Source of the DNA: Bacilli bacterium | Lineage (GTDB): Bacteria > Bacillota_I > Bacilli_A > RF39 > UBA660 | Length of the DNA stretch: 64,000 nucleotides | Assembly (NCBI GenBank): GCA_017936845.1 | Contig: JAGBES010000013.1 | Coordinates: 18,008-82,007 of the forward strand | Direction of reading: 5' to 3' | Shown here: positions 50,392 through 59,020 of the stretch, one piece after another | How positions within the stretch are numbered: the first letter of the stretch is position 1 | How the letters are laid out: each line of letters starts with the position of its first letter | Translations under genes and position numbers: made by a program | The notes under the pieces: model-generated | Databases searched by the model: none | Told to the model about the DNA's origin: nothing | The model's input: the letters and a program-made list of their open reading frames with translations, nothing else

Positions 50392-50684
50392 TGGAAGCAA
50401 ATATATTTTTCCAATACACATTATTTTTATTAGGTAGTATACTGTTAATAGTGTTAATATTCTTAGGAGTAAAAATGATATTAACTTTAGATAAAGTAGA
50501 TAAATTAGTAGAAGATATAAGTGAAAAAAGTAAAAAATTAGATGGTGCTTTTGGAACAATAGATAAAATAACTGATGCTATTTCATCAGTTAATGATAAA
50601 TTTATTGGGATAGCATTTAATTTAATAAGTAATTTTGCTCATAGAATTAAGAAAAGAAAAGAAAGGGATGATGAAGATGAGTAA
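50391..50684 (+). CDS. DUF948-like small membrane protein
   Basis: The GTG start overlaps the upstream stop by 1 nt. One TM followed by coiled coil. Pairs with a YtxH-like gene, as in other Firmicutes. Confidence 0.55.
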   Translation: MEANIFFQYTLFLLGSILLIVLIFLGVKMILTLDKVDKLVEDISEKSKKLDGAFGTIDKITDAISSVNDKFIGIAFNLISNFAHRIKKRKERDDEDE

Positions 50685-51081
50685 AAAGAAAACACTAGGT
50701 ACATTATTAGCAGGTGTAGCAATAGGTACAGGATTAGGAATTTTATTCGCACCAAAAAAAGGTAGTGAAACAAGACGTGAATTAAAAGAAAAAATGGATG
50801 AATTAGTAAATAAAGCAAAGCAAATAGATGCTAAAGAAGTAAAAGAAAACATAGAAAATAAAATAGAAGAAATAAAATCTGAATTAAAAGATTTAGATAA
50901 AGAAAAAGTTCTAAAAATAGCAAAGAAAAAAGCTAAAGATATTCAAAATAAAGCAGAAGATTTAGTAAATTATGCTGTAGAAAAAGGAACACCAGTACTT
51001 GAAAATGCTGCAAATGCTGTAAGAGAAAAAGCAATAGATGTAACAAAGGAAGTATTAAATAAATTAGAAGGAGAAAAATAA
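50677..51081 (+). CDS. YtxH-like protein
   Basis: MSKKKTLGTLLAGVAIGTGLGILFAPKKGSETRRELKEKM (YtxH signature). Start moved to ATG 50677. Confidence 0.75.
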   Translation: MSKKKTLGTLLAGVAIGTGLGILFAPKKGSETRRELKEKMDELVNKAKQIDAKEVKENIENKIEEIKSELKDLDKEKVLKIAKKKAKDIQNKAEDLVNYAVEKGTPVLENAANAVREKAIDVTKEVLNKLEGEK

Positions 51082-51163
51082 TCCTTCTTTTTTTATACTC
51101 TACGATTAGTTTGTTGACTTTATATAATATTTTTGACATACTAGATTTGAAAGGTAGTGTTTT

Positions 51164-52051
51164 ATGAATACAGAAAAGATAGGTAAGTTTATAGCACAAA
51201 AAAGAAAAGAAAAAAAATATACGCAAAAAGAATTAGCTTTAAAATTAGGTGTAACAGATAGAGCTGTATCAAAATGGGAAAGAGGTTTAGGATGTCCTGA
51301 TATTTCTTTATTAGAAGATTTATCTAAAATACTTGATATATCAATAGTAGAACTTTTAAATGGAGAATCAAAAGAAGATATAAAAATATTAGAAAAAGAT
51401 TTAATTAATTCAATGAAGATATCAAAAGAAAATGAAAAAAATAGAATCATTAATAATTTTAATGTTATTTTGGAAACGATTATTATAATAGTGATTTCTA
51501 TGTTAGTAATATTAAATATAATAAACAGTATAGAATTAAATAAAAAAGAAACAAATGAATTTAATAATAATATTACAGAAAAAACAAATAATATAGAAAA
51601 ATATATAAATATTATAAAAAATAATAAAGGTAAATATAGTAATGAAGATTATAAAAAAATAATTGCTTATGTTAATGATTTAGATAAATTATTTTCTAAA
51701 GAAACAAAAGAACTTTTAAATAAGAAAGAATATAATATAAAAGACTATTATGAATTTGAAAAATATTACTTTGATAATTTTTCTGCTGATTATAATTATT
51801 TAAATAAATCATTATATTATACATTAATAAAATATGATACAAATATGGTTGATAATATGCTTAAATATGAGCAAATAAAAGATAATTTAAGAAATATATA
51901 TATTGGTATTGTAAGTACAACAAGTGATTCATATAAATATGGATTAAAAGAAAAATATTTAATGAATGTAAATAGTTTCTTTATGTGGTCATATATAAAC
52001 GAAGAACAATTATTAAAAGATATTATAGAAGTAGGTGATATGAATGTATAA
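51164..52051 (+). CDS. XRE-family HTH regulator with membrane anchor
   Basis: IGKFIAQKRKEKKYTQKELALKLGVTDRAVSKWERGLGCPDISLLEDLSKIL followed by a TM segment ETIIIIVISMLVILNII. Confidence 0.8.
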   Translation: MNTEKIGKFIAQKRKEKKYTQKELALKLGVTDRAVSKWERGLGCPDISLLEDLSKILDISIVELLNGESKEDIKILEKDLINSMKISKENEKNRIINNFNVILETIIIIVISMLVILNIINSIELNKKETNEFNNNITEKTNNIEKYINIIKNNKGKYSNEDYKKIIAYVNDLDKLFSKETKELLNKKEYNIKDYYEFEKYYFDNFSADYNYLNKSLYYTLIKYDTNMVDNMLKYEQIKDNLRNIYIGIVSTTSDSYKYGLKEKYLMNVNSFFMWSYINEEQLLKDIIEVGDMNV

Positions 52052-52634
52052 AAAAAATATATTAAATATATTATTGATTTTAACTACAATAATATTGATT
52101 ATTTCATTTGATGCTTTAAATGTTTTTGATACATTAGTATATTTAATGCCATTACTATTTAGTATAAGTATTACTATGTTTATGAAAAGAAAAGAAGTAA
52201 ATAAATGTAAATCAATCTATAATGTTATTATGATGTTATTAATAGTATTTAGTTTCTTATTTTTAGGAATTTTAAGTTATTCAAATATAACTTGTTTAAT
52301 TGATGAAAATTGTTCAAGTAATTATGAGATAGAAGGATTAATACTTCTAATAACAATTCTTTATACATTGTTATTTACAAATATTGTTGATATAAAATTA
52401 AAACATAATAAAATGTATAATATATTACTTTATATAATATCATTTGTTGTATTTATAATATATGGTAGATATTATTTAGATAATGATTTTTATCATAATT
52501 ACATAAATTTAAGTAAAGAAGATATAAATATACAAAGTAGTTATATTTATATAACACAAAATTATATATATTTTAATATAGTTTATCTATGTTTATTAAT
52601 GTATTATTTTGTAAATAGAAAAAAGAATAAATAA
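52044..52634 (+). CDS. Polytopic membrane protein, unknown function
   Basis: Overlaps the upstream gene by 8 nt. 5-6 hydrophobic helices. Confidence 0.5.
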   Translation: MYKKNILNILLILTTIILIISFDALNVFDTLVYLMPLLFSISITMFMKRKEVNKCKSIYNVIMMLLIVFSFLFLGILSYSNITCLIDENCSSNYEIEGLILLITILYTLLFTNIVDIKLKHNKMYNILLYIISFVVFIIYGRYYLDNDFYHNYINLSKEDINIQSSYIYITQNYIYFNIVYLCLLMYYFVNRKKNK

Positions 52635-52681
52635 GATATTTTCACATATAATTAATTGAAAGAAAGAGAGGAATTAATTAT

Positions 52682-52942
52682 ATGGAAATACTTAAAGTAG
52701 GAACAAAATCAAATCCTAATTCAGTAGCTGGAGCTTTAGCTAATCTATTTAAAGAAAAAGGAACTATTGAAATACAAGCAATAGGAGCAGGAGCACTTAA
52801 TCAGGCAATAAAATCTATCGCAATTGCAAGAGGATTTGTCGCACCCTCTGGTAAAAATCTTGTATGTATTCCCGCTTTTACTGATATAGTAATAGATGGA
52901 GAAGAAAGAACAGCTATAAAATTAATAGTAGAAGCTAAATAG
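52682..52942 (+). CDS. spoVS: Stage V sporulation protein S
   Basis: MEILKVGTKSNPNSVAGALANLFKEKGTIEIQAIGAGALNQAIKSIAIARGF. 86 aa. Confidence 0.95.
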   Translation: MEILKVGTKSNPNSVAGALANLFKEKGTIEIQAIGAGALNQAIKSIAIARGFVAPSGKNLVCIPAFTDIVIDGEERTAIKLIVEAK

Positions 52943-53000
52943 CTTCTTTTTATATTGTTTTTTAAAAAAATTTTATATATAATTATTATAGGGTGAAAAT

Positions 53001-54053
53001 ATGAATGATGTAATAGATAATAAATGTTTAGTGTGTAATGCACCAATTAAATTTGATCCTAAACTAGGTAAATTTAAATGTGAATATTGTAAAAGTGAAT
53101 TCACTGCTGAACAATTAAAAAATATGAATGATGAAAAACATAGTACAGAAAAAGAAGCAATAGAAGATGAATATTTAATATATAATTGTCCAGATTGTGG
53201 AGCTAATATCATAACAGATAAAGAAACAGCCGCAACTTTCTGTATATATTGTGGAAATACTTCAATTATAAAAAATAGATTAACTGGTAAATTTGCTCCA
53301 AGCAAGATAATACCATTTAAGAAAACAAAAGAAGATGCAATAAATGCTTTTAAAAAATTAAAAAAAGGTAGACCATTAGTACCTAAAAGCTTTGTTAGTG
53401 AAAAAAACATAGAGAAAATAACAGGAGTATATATTCCATTTTGGTTATTTGATGTTGTTATAGATGGTTCTTTAGAAGCAAAAGGAACAAAAGTAAAACA
53501 TTGGTCTTCAGGTGATACAAGATATATAAAAACAGATTATTATGAAATGATAAGAAAAGGAAATATGAAATTTAATAAAATACCAGTTGACGGTTCAACA
53601 AAATTTATAGATGAAATAATGAATACAATAGAACCATTTGACTATAGTGAATTAATTGATTATAATCATGCATATTTATCAGGCTTTCTAGCAGAAAAAT
53701 ATAATGTAGAAAAAGAAGAATCATATGAAATTGCTAAAAATAGAGCTTTAACATCAGGTAAAGAGATAATGTTATCTGATATGACAGGATATACAAACAA
53801 AACAGTAAAAAGTAATAATTTAGAAGCAAAAGAAGACAATACAGAATATGCTTTACTACCAGTATGGATGGTAAATGTAAAATATAATAATAAGTATTAT
53901 TTATTTGCTATGAATGGTCAAACAGGTGAATTTATAGGTGATATACCTCTTGATAAGAAAAAAACTGTAATAATGGGAATAGTTTCATTTATTGTTTTGT
54001 TTTTACTTGTTATTTTGGTAAGTTATATTATATATAAGGTAGGTAATAATTAA
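53001..54053 (+). CDS. Double zinc-ribbon protein with C-terminal TM anchor, unknown function
   Basis: CLVCNAPI..CEYCKSEF and YNCPDCGANI..CIYCGN, then a body of about 230 aa (YIPFWLFD, LLPVWMVNVKY, NGQTGEFIGDIP), then TM IMGIVSFIVLFLLVILVSYIIY. Confidence 0.6.
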   Translation: MNDVIDNKCLVCNAPIKFDPKLGKFKCEYCKSEFTAEQLKNMNDEKHSTEKEAIEDEYLIYNCPDCGANIITDKETAATFCIYCGNTSIIKNRLTGKFAPSKIIPFKKTKEDAINAFKKLKKGRPLVPKSFVSEKNIEKITGVYIPFWLFDVVIDGSLEAKGTKVKHWSSGDTRYIKTDYYEMIRKGNMKFNKIPVDGSTKFIDEIMNTIEPFDYSELIDYNHAYLSGFLAEKYNVEKEESYEIAKNRALTSGKEIMLSDMTGYTNKTVKSNNLEAKEDNTEYALLPVWMVNVKYNNKYYLFAMNGQTGEFIGDIPLDKKKTVIMGIVSFIVLFLLVILVSYIIYKVGNN

Positions 54054-55018
54054 TGAAAAAGTGTAAATTATTTTTAATATTAATTTTATCATTATTTATA
54101 AATATAAATAGTATAAAAGCAGATACAGAATTAAATTTAATATCTAGTAATGAACCAATAACAAAAACAAGAACAAAAGAAAATAATTATGGTGTAAATA
54201 AACATTGGATTATAAATGATAATAATTTAAGTAATGTACTTTCTACTCCTTATGTAGATTCAAGTGAAAAAGTCTATGATTTTGCAAACATATTAACAGA
54301 AGAAGAAGAAAAAACAATATATACATATTCAAAGGAATTTATGGATAAAACAGGTATGGAAATGATTTTTGTAACAGTAGATATGCCATATAGTTATGAT
54401 TCAAAAAATGAAGAATATGCAGCTGATTTTTATGATTATAATGACTTTGGATTAGATTTAGAACATTATGATGGAATACTTTTTTTAAGAAATAATTATT
54501 CAGCTGATAGATATTATGATATGTATACATTTGGAAGTGCACAACTATATTTCAATCAAAATAGATATGATGATGTTTTAGATACGATTTATTATAAAAT
54601 TTCACATGATGATTATGTAAATGGATTTAAAGCCTTCAAAGATAAGTGCTTATACTATTATAATGAAGGAATTCCTTCTACATATAAACATAGTTACATT
54701 GATGAAAATGGATTTATAAAAAAACACTATGTAGCACCATATTTTATAGCTTTTATTATATCTTTAGTAATTACAATAATTATATTAATTATATTAATAA
54801 AGAAAAATAAAATGGTAAAAAAGGCTACTGAAGCATCAGAATATATAGATAAAAAAACAATTAACTATAGTATTAAAGAAGACAAATTTATAACCTCAAG
54901 AACAACTTCATATACAGTATCTTCATCAAGTGGTGGAGGACACTCTAGTGGAGGAGGAAGAAGCCACTCTGGATCAAGTGGTGGAGGACACTCTAGTGGA
55001 GGAGGAAGACATGGATAA
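54053..55018 (+). CDS. TPM-domain (YgcG-like) protein with TM and Gly/Ser/His-rich tail
   Basis: Signal sequence, VYDFANILTEEEEKTIYTYSKEFMDKTGMEMIFVTVD (TPM), a TM segment, and tail SSSGGGHSSGGGRSHSGSSGGGHSSGGGRHG. The ATG overlaps the upstream TAA (TAATG). Confidence 0.75.
   Translation: MKKCKLFLILILSLFININSIKADTELNLISSNEPITKTRTKENNYGVNKHWIINDNNLSNVLSTPYVDSSEKVYDFANILTEEEEKTIYTYSKEFMDKTGMEMIFVTVDMPYSYDSKNEEYAADFYDYNDFGLDLEHYDGILFLRNNYSADRYYDMYTFGSAQLYFNQNRYDDVLDTIYYKISHDDYVNGFKAFKDKCLYYYNEGIPSTYKHSYIDENGFIKKHYVAPYFIAFIISLVITIIILIILIKKNKMVKKATEASEYIDKKTINYSIKEDKFITSRTTSYTVSSSSGGGHSSGGGRSHSGSSGGGHSSGGGRHG
54925..55009 (+). repeat. Two copies of a 37-nt direct repeat (period 48 nt) in the TPM gene tail
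   Basis: atcaagtggtggaggacactctagtggaggaggaaga at 54925-54961 and 54973-55009. Confidence 0.85.
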
Positions 55019-55091
55019 TGTCTTTTTCTTATTAATAAACTTGAAAAAAATATACATTAGTGTTAAAATAACCTAGAAAGAAGTGATATTT

Positions 55092-55520
55092 ATGGATCAA
55101 CAATTTAGAAGAGATATCATTCTAGAAAATTACCAAAATCCAATGAATAAAGGATTAATAAATGATGATTCATATATAAAAGTTAATACAAATAATGAAT
55201 CATGTATTGATGAAATAGATTTGATGGTAAAAATAAAGGATGGAAAAATAATAGATGCCAGATTTGATGGAGAAGCATGTGCTATATGTACATCATCAAC
55301 ATCAATTATGATAAAAATGTTAATAGGAAAAACCCTAGAAGAAGCAATAAAAATATATAAAAATTTTAATAAAATGATAAATGAAGAAGAATACGACGAA
55401 GAAATATTAGAAGAAGCAAATGTTTATAATGATACATATAAACAACCAAATCGAAAAAAATGTGTATTACTACCTTGGTGGGGATTTGAAAAAGTAATAA
55501 ATGAAGTAAAGGAGAGATAG
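55092..55520 (+). CDS. sufU: SufU/IscU-type Fe-S cluster scaffold
   Basis: ILENYQNPMNKG, NESCIDEIDL, FDGEACAICTSSTS. Start set to ATG 55092. Confidence 0.8.
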   Translation: MDQQFRRDIILENYQNPMNKGLINDDSYIKVNTNNESCIDEIDLMVKIKDGKIIDARFDGEACAICTSSTSIMIKMLIGKTLEEAIKIYKNFNKMINEEEYDEEILEEANVYNDTYKQPNRKKCVLLPWWGFEKVINEVKER

Positions 55521-55521
55521 T

Positions 55522-55878
55522 ATGAATTATGAAATAAAAAAAGTAGAAATAGGAAAATTTAAAGGAATAAATGTAACAGGCAAAGTTCAATTAGGTAATA
55601 CAATTTATAATGCAGAAAAAATAATAACAAAAGAATTATTATGCATTATAGATAATGAAAAAAATGTTGCTGTTGATATAACAAATTTAAATAATACTTA
55701 TGTAATAATAAAAAGAAACAAATATAATCAAATATTGCCACAACAAAATATAGAAGAAAATAAAGAATACGCTTTAAAATTAAAAGAATTAAAACCAGAA
55801 GATATTAATTTATTAACAAAAATAAAATATAACTATATTGTAAATAAATATGATAAACAAGAAAGAAGTAGAAAATAA
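55522..55878 (+). CDS. Hypothetical protein (118 aa)
   Basis: The ORF starts 2 nt after the sufU stop, with a GGAGAG RBS. No motif recognised. Confidence 0.5.
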   Translation: MNYEIKKVEIGKFKGINVTGKVQLGNTIYNAEKIITKELLCIIDNEKNVAVDITNLNNTYVIIKRNKYNQILPQQNIEENKEYALKLKELKPEDINLLTKIKYNYIVNKYDKQERSRK

Positions 55879-55880
55879 AA

Positions 55881-56516
55881 ATGTTTGAATATACTAATTT
55901 TTTAATAATATTAAAAGAATTAAAAAAAAGGGGAATAACTAAGTTTAATTTATCAGATTTAGAAAATGATTTATATATTTTAAAAAAAAATCCTAAATAT
56001 GAATGTTTATTCACAAATATAAAAGAAAAAATAAATAAATTAGATTTGTCTTATTTCATAAATAAAGCAGAAAAAGAAGGATATATAGTTTCACTTGATT
56101 ATGATATGAATATAAAATATATGACAAAAATGAATATAGATAAAGAAAATGAATTAATAAAAGAATTAGTAAAAGAATATATAGAACAAAAAAATATTTA
56201 TAAAAAAGAAAATATAAAAATATATAAAATAGATTCTAATAATACATATAAATTAATTAAGAAAAAAAATATAAATAAAGTGATAACTTTAAATGTAATA
56301 ACAGATGGAAAAATTAAAAGTGTAAAAAAAGATAAATTAAACAATGAAGTAGTAGATATAGAAGCTTCAACATATGCAGTTGAACAAAAAATTGTAAATA
56401 ATAAATTAGATAATCTAATAATTTATACAATGATAGAAGAACAATTAGATGAAATAATTGAATACTCTACACAAAATATAATGAAAGAAAAAACATTAAT
56501 AATAAAAAAATTTTAA
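55881..56516 (+). CDS. Hypothetical protein (211 aa)
   Basis: The ORF starts 3 nt after the previous stop. No Walker motifs, so it is not SufC. Confidence 0.5.
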   Translation: MFEYTNFLIILKELKKRGITKFNLSDLENDLYILKKNPKYECLFTNIKEKINKLDLSYFINKAEKEGYIVSLDYDMNIKYMTKMNIDKENELIKELVKEYIEQKNIYKKENIKIYKIDSNNTYKLIKKKNINKVITLNVITDGKIKSVKKDKLNNEVVDIEASTYAVEQKIVNNKLDNLIIYTMIEEQLDEIIEYSTQNIMKEKTLIIKKF

Positions 56517-56542
56517 CATAAAATAATGTAAATGGTGATATT

Positions 56543-57856
56543 ATGAAAACATTAGAAAAATTAAATGAAGAAACCGTTTTAGAAATATCAAAAATAAAAA
56601 AAGAACCAAAATGGATGACTGAATTTAGATTAAAATCATATAAAAAATTTGAAGAATTAAAAAATCCTAAATTTGGACCACCATTAGATATAGATTTTGA
56701 TATCATAACCTATTATAAAAAAATAGCAAATGAAGTAGAAAATAATTGGAATAAAGTAGATAAAAAAGTAAAAGAAACATTTAGTGACTTAGGATTAATA
56801 GAAGCAGAACATAAATATTTAGATGGTGTAGGAGCTCAATTTGATAGTGTTGCTGTATACCATAATATGATAAAAGAATTAGAAGAAAAAAATGTTATAT
56901 TTTGTGATACAGATACAGCTTTAAAAAAATATCCTAAAATATTTAAAAAATATTTTAATAAACTAGTAAAATATGATGAAAATAAATATACAGCACTAAA
57001 TGGAGCAGTATGGAGTGGAGGATCATTTATATATATTCCACCTAATACTAAAATAGATAGACCACTTCAAAGTTACTTTAGAATCAATAGTAAAAATATG
57101 GGTCAATTTGAAAGAACTTTAATAATAGTAGATGAAGGTAGTGAATTACATTATATGGAAGGATGTACAGCTCCCACTTATACAAGTGATTCATTACATG
57201 CTGCTGTAGTAGAAATATATGTAGAAAAAAATGCAAAATGTCGATATACAACTATCCAAAATTGGTCAACAGATGTTTATAATTTAGTAACAAAAAGAGC
57301 TATTGTAGAAGAAGGCGGATTAATGGAATGGATAGATGGAAATATTGGTTCAAAAGTAAATATGAAATATCCATGTTGTATTTTAAATGGCAAATATGCA
57401 AAAGGTAATTGTATAAGTATAGCACTAGCTTCAAAAAATCAAATACAAGATGCTGGGGCTAAAATGATACATTTAAAACCTAATACTACAAGCAATATAA
57501 TTTCTAAATCCATTGCTGTTAATGGTGGAAATGCAACATATAGAGGAATGGTAAAAATAACAAAAAATGCTCAAAATTCAAATAGTACAGTAAAATGTGA
57601 TACAATAATAATAGATGATGATTCAAAAAGTGATACAATCCCAACAAATTTAATAGAAAATAATTCATCATATATTGAACATGAAGCAACAGTTGCTAAA
57701 ATATCAAAAGAAAAACTATTTTATCTTATGAGTAGAGGAATAACAGAAGAAAAAGCAAAAGAATTAATAATTATGGGATTTATAGATAGATTTAGAGAAG
57801 AACTTCCTATGGAATATGCGGTAGAATTAAACCATTTACTAAAAGATTATTTTTAA
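56543..57856 (+). CDS. sufB: Fe-S cluster assembly protein SufB
   Basis: [23 protein letters not shown], plus the beta-helix core and the C-terminal [14 protein letters not shown]. Confidence 0.85.
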   Translation: MKTLEKLNEETVLEISKIKKEPKWMTEFRLKSYKKFEELKNPKFGPPLDIDFDIITYYKKIANEVENNWNKVDKKVKETFSDLGLIEAEHKYLDGVGAQFDSVAVYHNMIKELEEKNVIFCDTDTALKKYPKIFKKYFNKLVKYDENKYTALNGAVWSGGSFIYIPPNTKIDRPLQSYFRINSKNMGQFERTLIIVDEGSELHYMEGCTAPTYTSDSLHAAVVEIYVEKNAKCRYTTIQNWSTDVYNLVTKRAIVEEGGLMEWIDGNIGSKVNMKYPCCILNGKYAKGNCISIALASKNQIQDAGAKMIHLKPNTTSNIISKSIAVNGGNATYRGMVKITKNAQNSNSTVKCDTIIIDDDSKSDTIPTNLIENNSSYIEHEATVAKISKEKLFYLMSRGITEEKAKELIIMGFIDRFREELPMEYAVELNHLLKDYF

Positions 57857-58010
57857 TAAAAAAATAGATTTGCAATAATAAAAAGATGAAATAAAAGAAT
57901 TGTTAAACAAATAAAAGAAAAGTGCAAAAAATATAACTAAAAAAAAGGAAAACTGTTGTTTGTTTTCTTTTTTTTTATATGATAAATTCTATCTGTAAGG
58001 AGGTGATAAA

Positions 58011-58334
58011 ATGCTAAATCAAACTGTAATAGTAGGAAGACTTGTAAGAGACCCAGAATTATATGAAACAGAAAATGGTAATAAAGTAACTAATATAACA
58101 GTTGCTGTACCAAGAACATATAAAAATGTAGACGGAGAATATGATACAGATTTTATTTCTTGTACACTTTGGAAAGGAATTGCAGAAAATGCTGTAGAAT
58201 ATTGTCATAAAGGTGATTTACTTGGAATTAAAGGAAGACTTCAGTCAAGAAATATTGAAGAAGAAGAAACAAATAAAACTATAATGGAATTAGTAGCAGA
58301 AAAAGTAACATACTTATCAAGTAAAAAAAATTAA
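58011..58334 (+). CDS. ssb: Single-stranded DNA-binding protein, short form without acidic C-terminal tail
   Basis: MLNQTVIVGRLVRDPELYETENGNKVTNITVAVPR (OB fold). 107 aa, ending ..YLSSKKN. Confidence 0.85.
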   Translation: MLNQTVIVGRLVRDPELYETENGNKVTNITVAVPRTYKNVDGEYDTDFISCTLWKGIAENAVEYCHKGDLLGIKGRLQSRNIEEEETNKTIMELVAEKVTYLSSKKN

Positions 58335-58514
58335 CTTTTATTCATAATAATATCAACTCTAAATTAAAAATTCTTATAATATCTTTAAAGTTTAATCATA
58401 GAAAAACTAGATTTCTAGTTTTTTTATATTGAAAAATAATACTATATATGTTAAAATTACAAAGGATATTTAATTTAAAAAAATAAACATATATTAGTAG
58501 TAGGTTGTGATAAA

Positions 58515-58967
58515 ATGTTAAATAATGAAAGAAAAATAATAATTGTTAAGAATATTATTTTTAAAGATTTAAAAGAAGATAAAATAGTATTAAATAGAGA
58601 TATACATTTTAAAAGACCATGCTTAATAATATGTGAAAAAGAAGATAAAAGATATATGTTGCCAATAGGAAGTTCATCAAGAAATAAAGATTATAAAAAA
58701 GAAAATATAAAATTAACTAATTATGATTTAATAAATAGATCATTAAAAAAAGAAAGTTATTTAAAACTGGATAGAATAATAAAAACCGATATATATTATA
58801 AAGAACCATTAGATGAATTAGATGAGATAAAATATTATAAATGTTTATTAAAATTTATAAAATTTTATAATAATTTAAATATAAAAGTAGAAGAATATGA
58901 AGAAATAAAAGAAGAAATAGAAAAACAATTATATAAAATAAAAGTAAAAGAGAAATTAACTATTTAA
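58515..58967 (+). CDS. Hypothetical protein with MazF/PemK-like motifs
   Basis: FKRPCLIICEKEDKRYMLPIGSS, SYLKLDRIIKTD and LDELDEIKYYKCL parallel B. subtilis EndoA VRPVLVIQ..IVAAITAQ, SVILLEQIRTID and LDDEMMDKVDEAL. Confidence 0.4.
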   Translation: MLNNERKIIIVKNIIFKDLKEDKIVLNRDIHFKRPCLIICEKEDKRYMLPIGSSSRNKDYKKENIKLTNYDLINRSLKKESYLKLDRIIKTDIYYKEPLDELDEIKYYKCLLKFIKFYNNLNIKVEEYEEIKEEIEKQLYKIKVKEKLTI

Positions 58968-59020
58968 AGTAAACAATTGTATAGTTGTTTATTTTTTGTT
59001 ATAATCAAAATGGTGATAAT

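Noticed and set aside
49944-50414. 156-aa minus-strand ORF opposite the acidic protein gene
   Set aside because: It is a Ser/Phe/Ile low-complexity translation of the complement of GAA/AAA-rich codons. It has no RBS. The plus-strand gene has a strong RBS and is translationally coupled to its neighbours.
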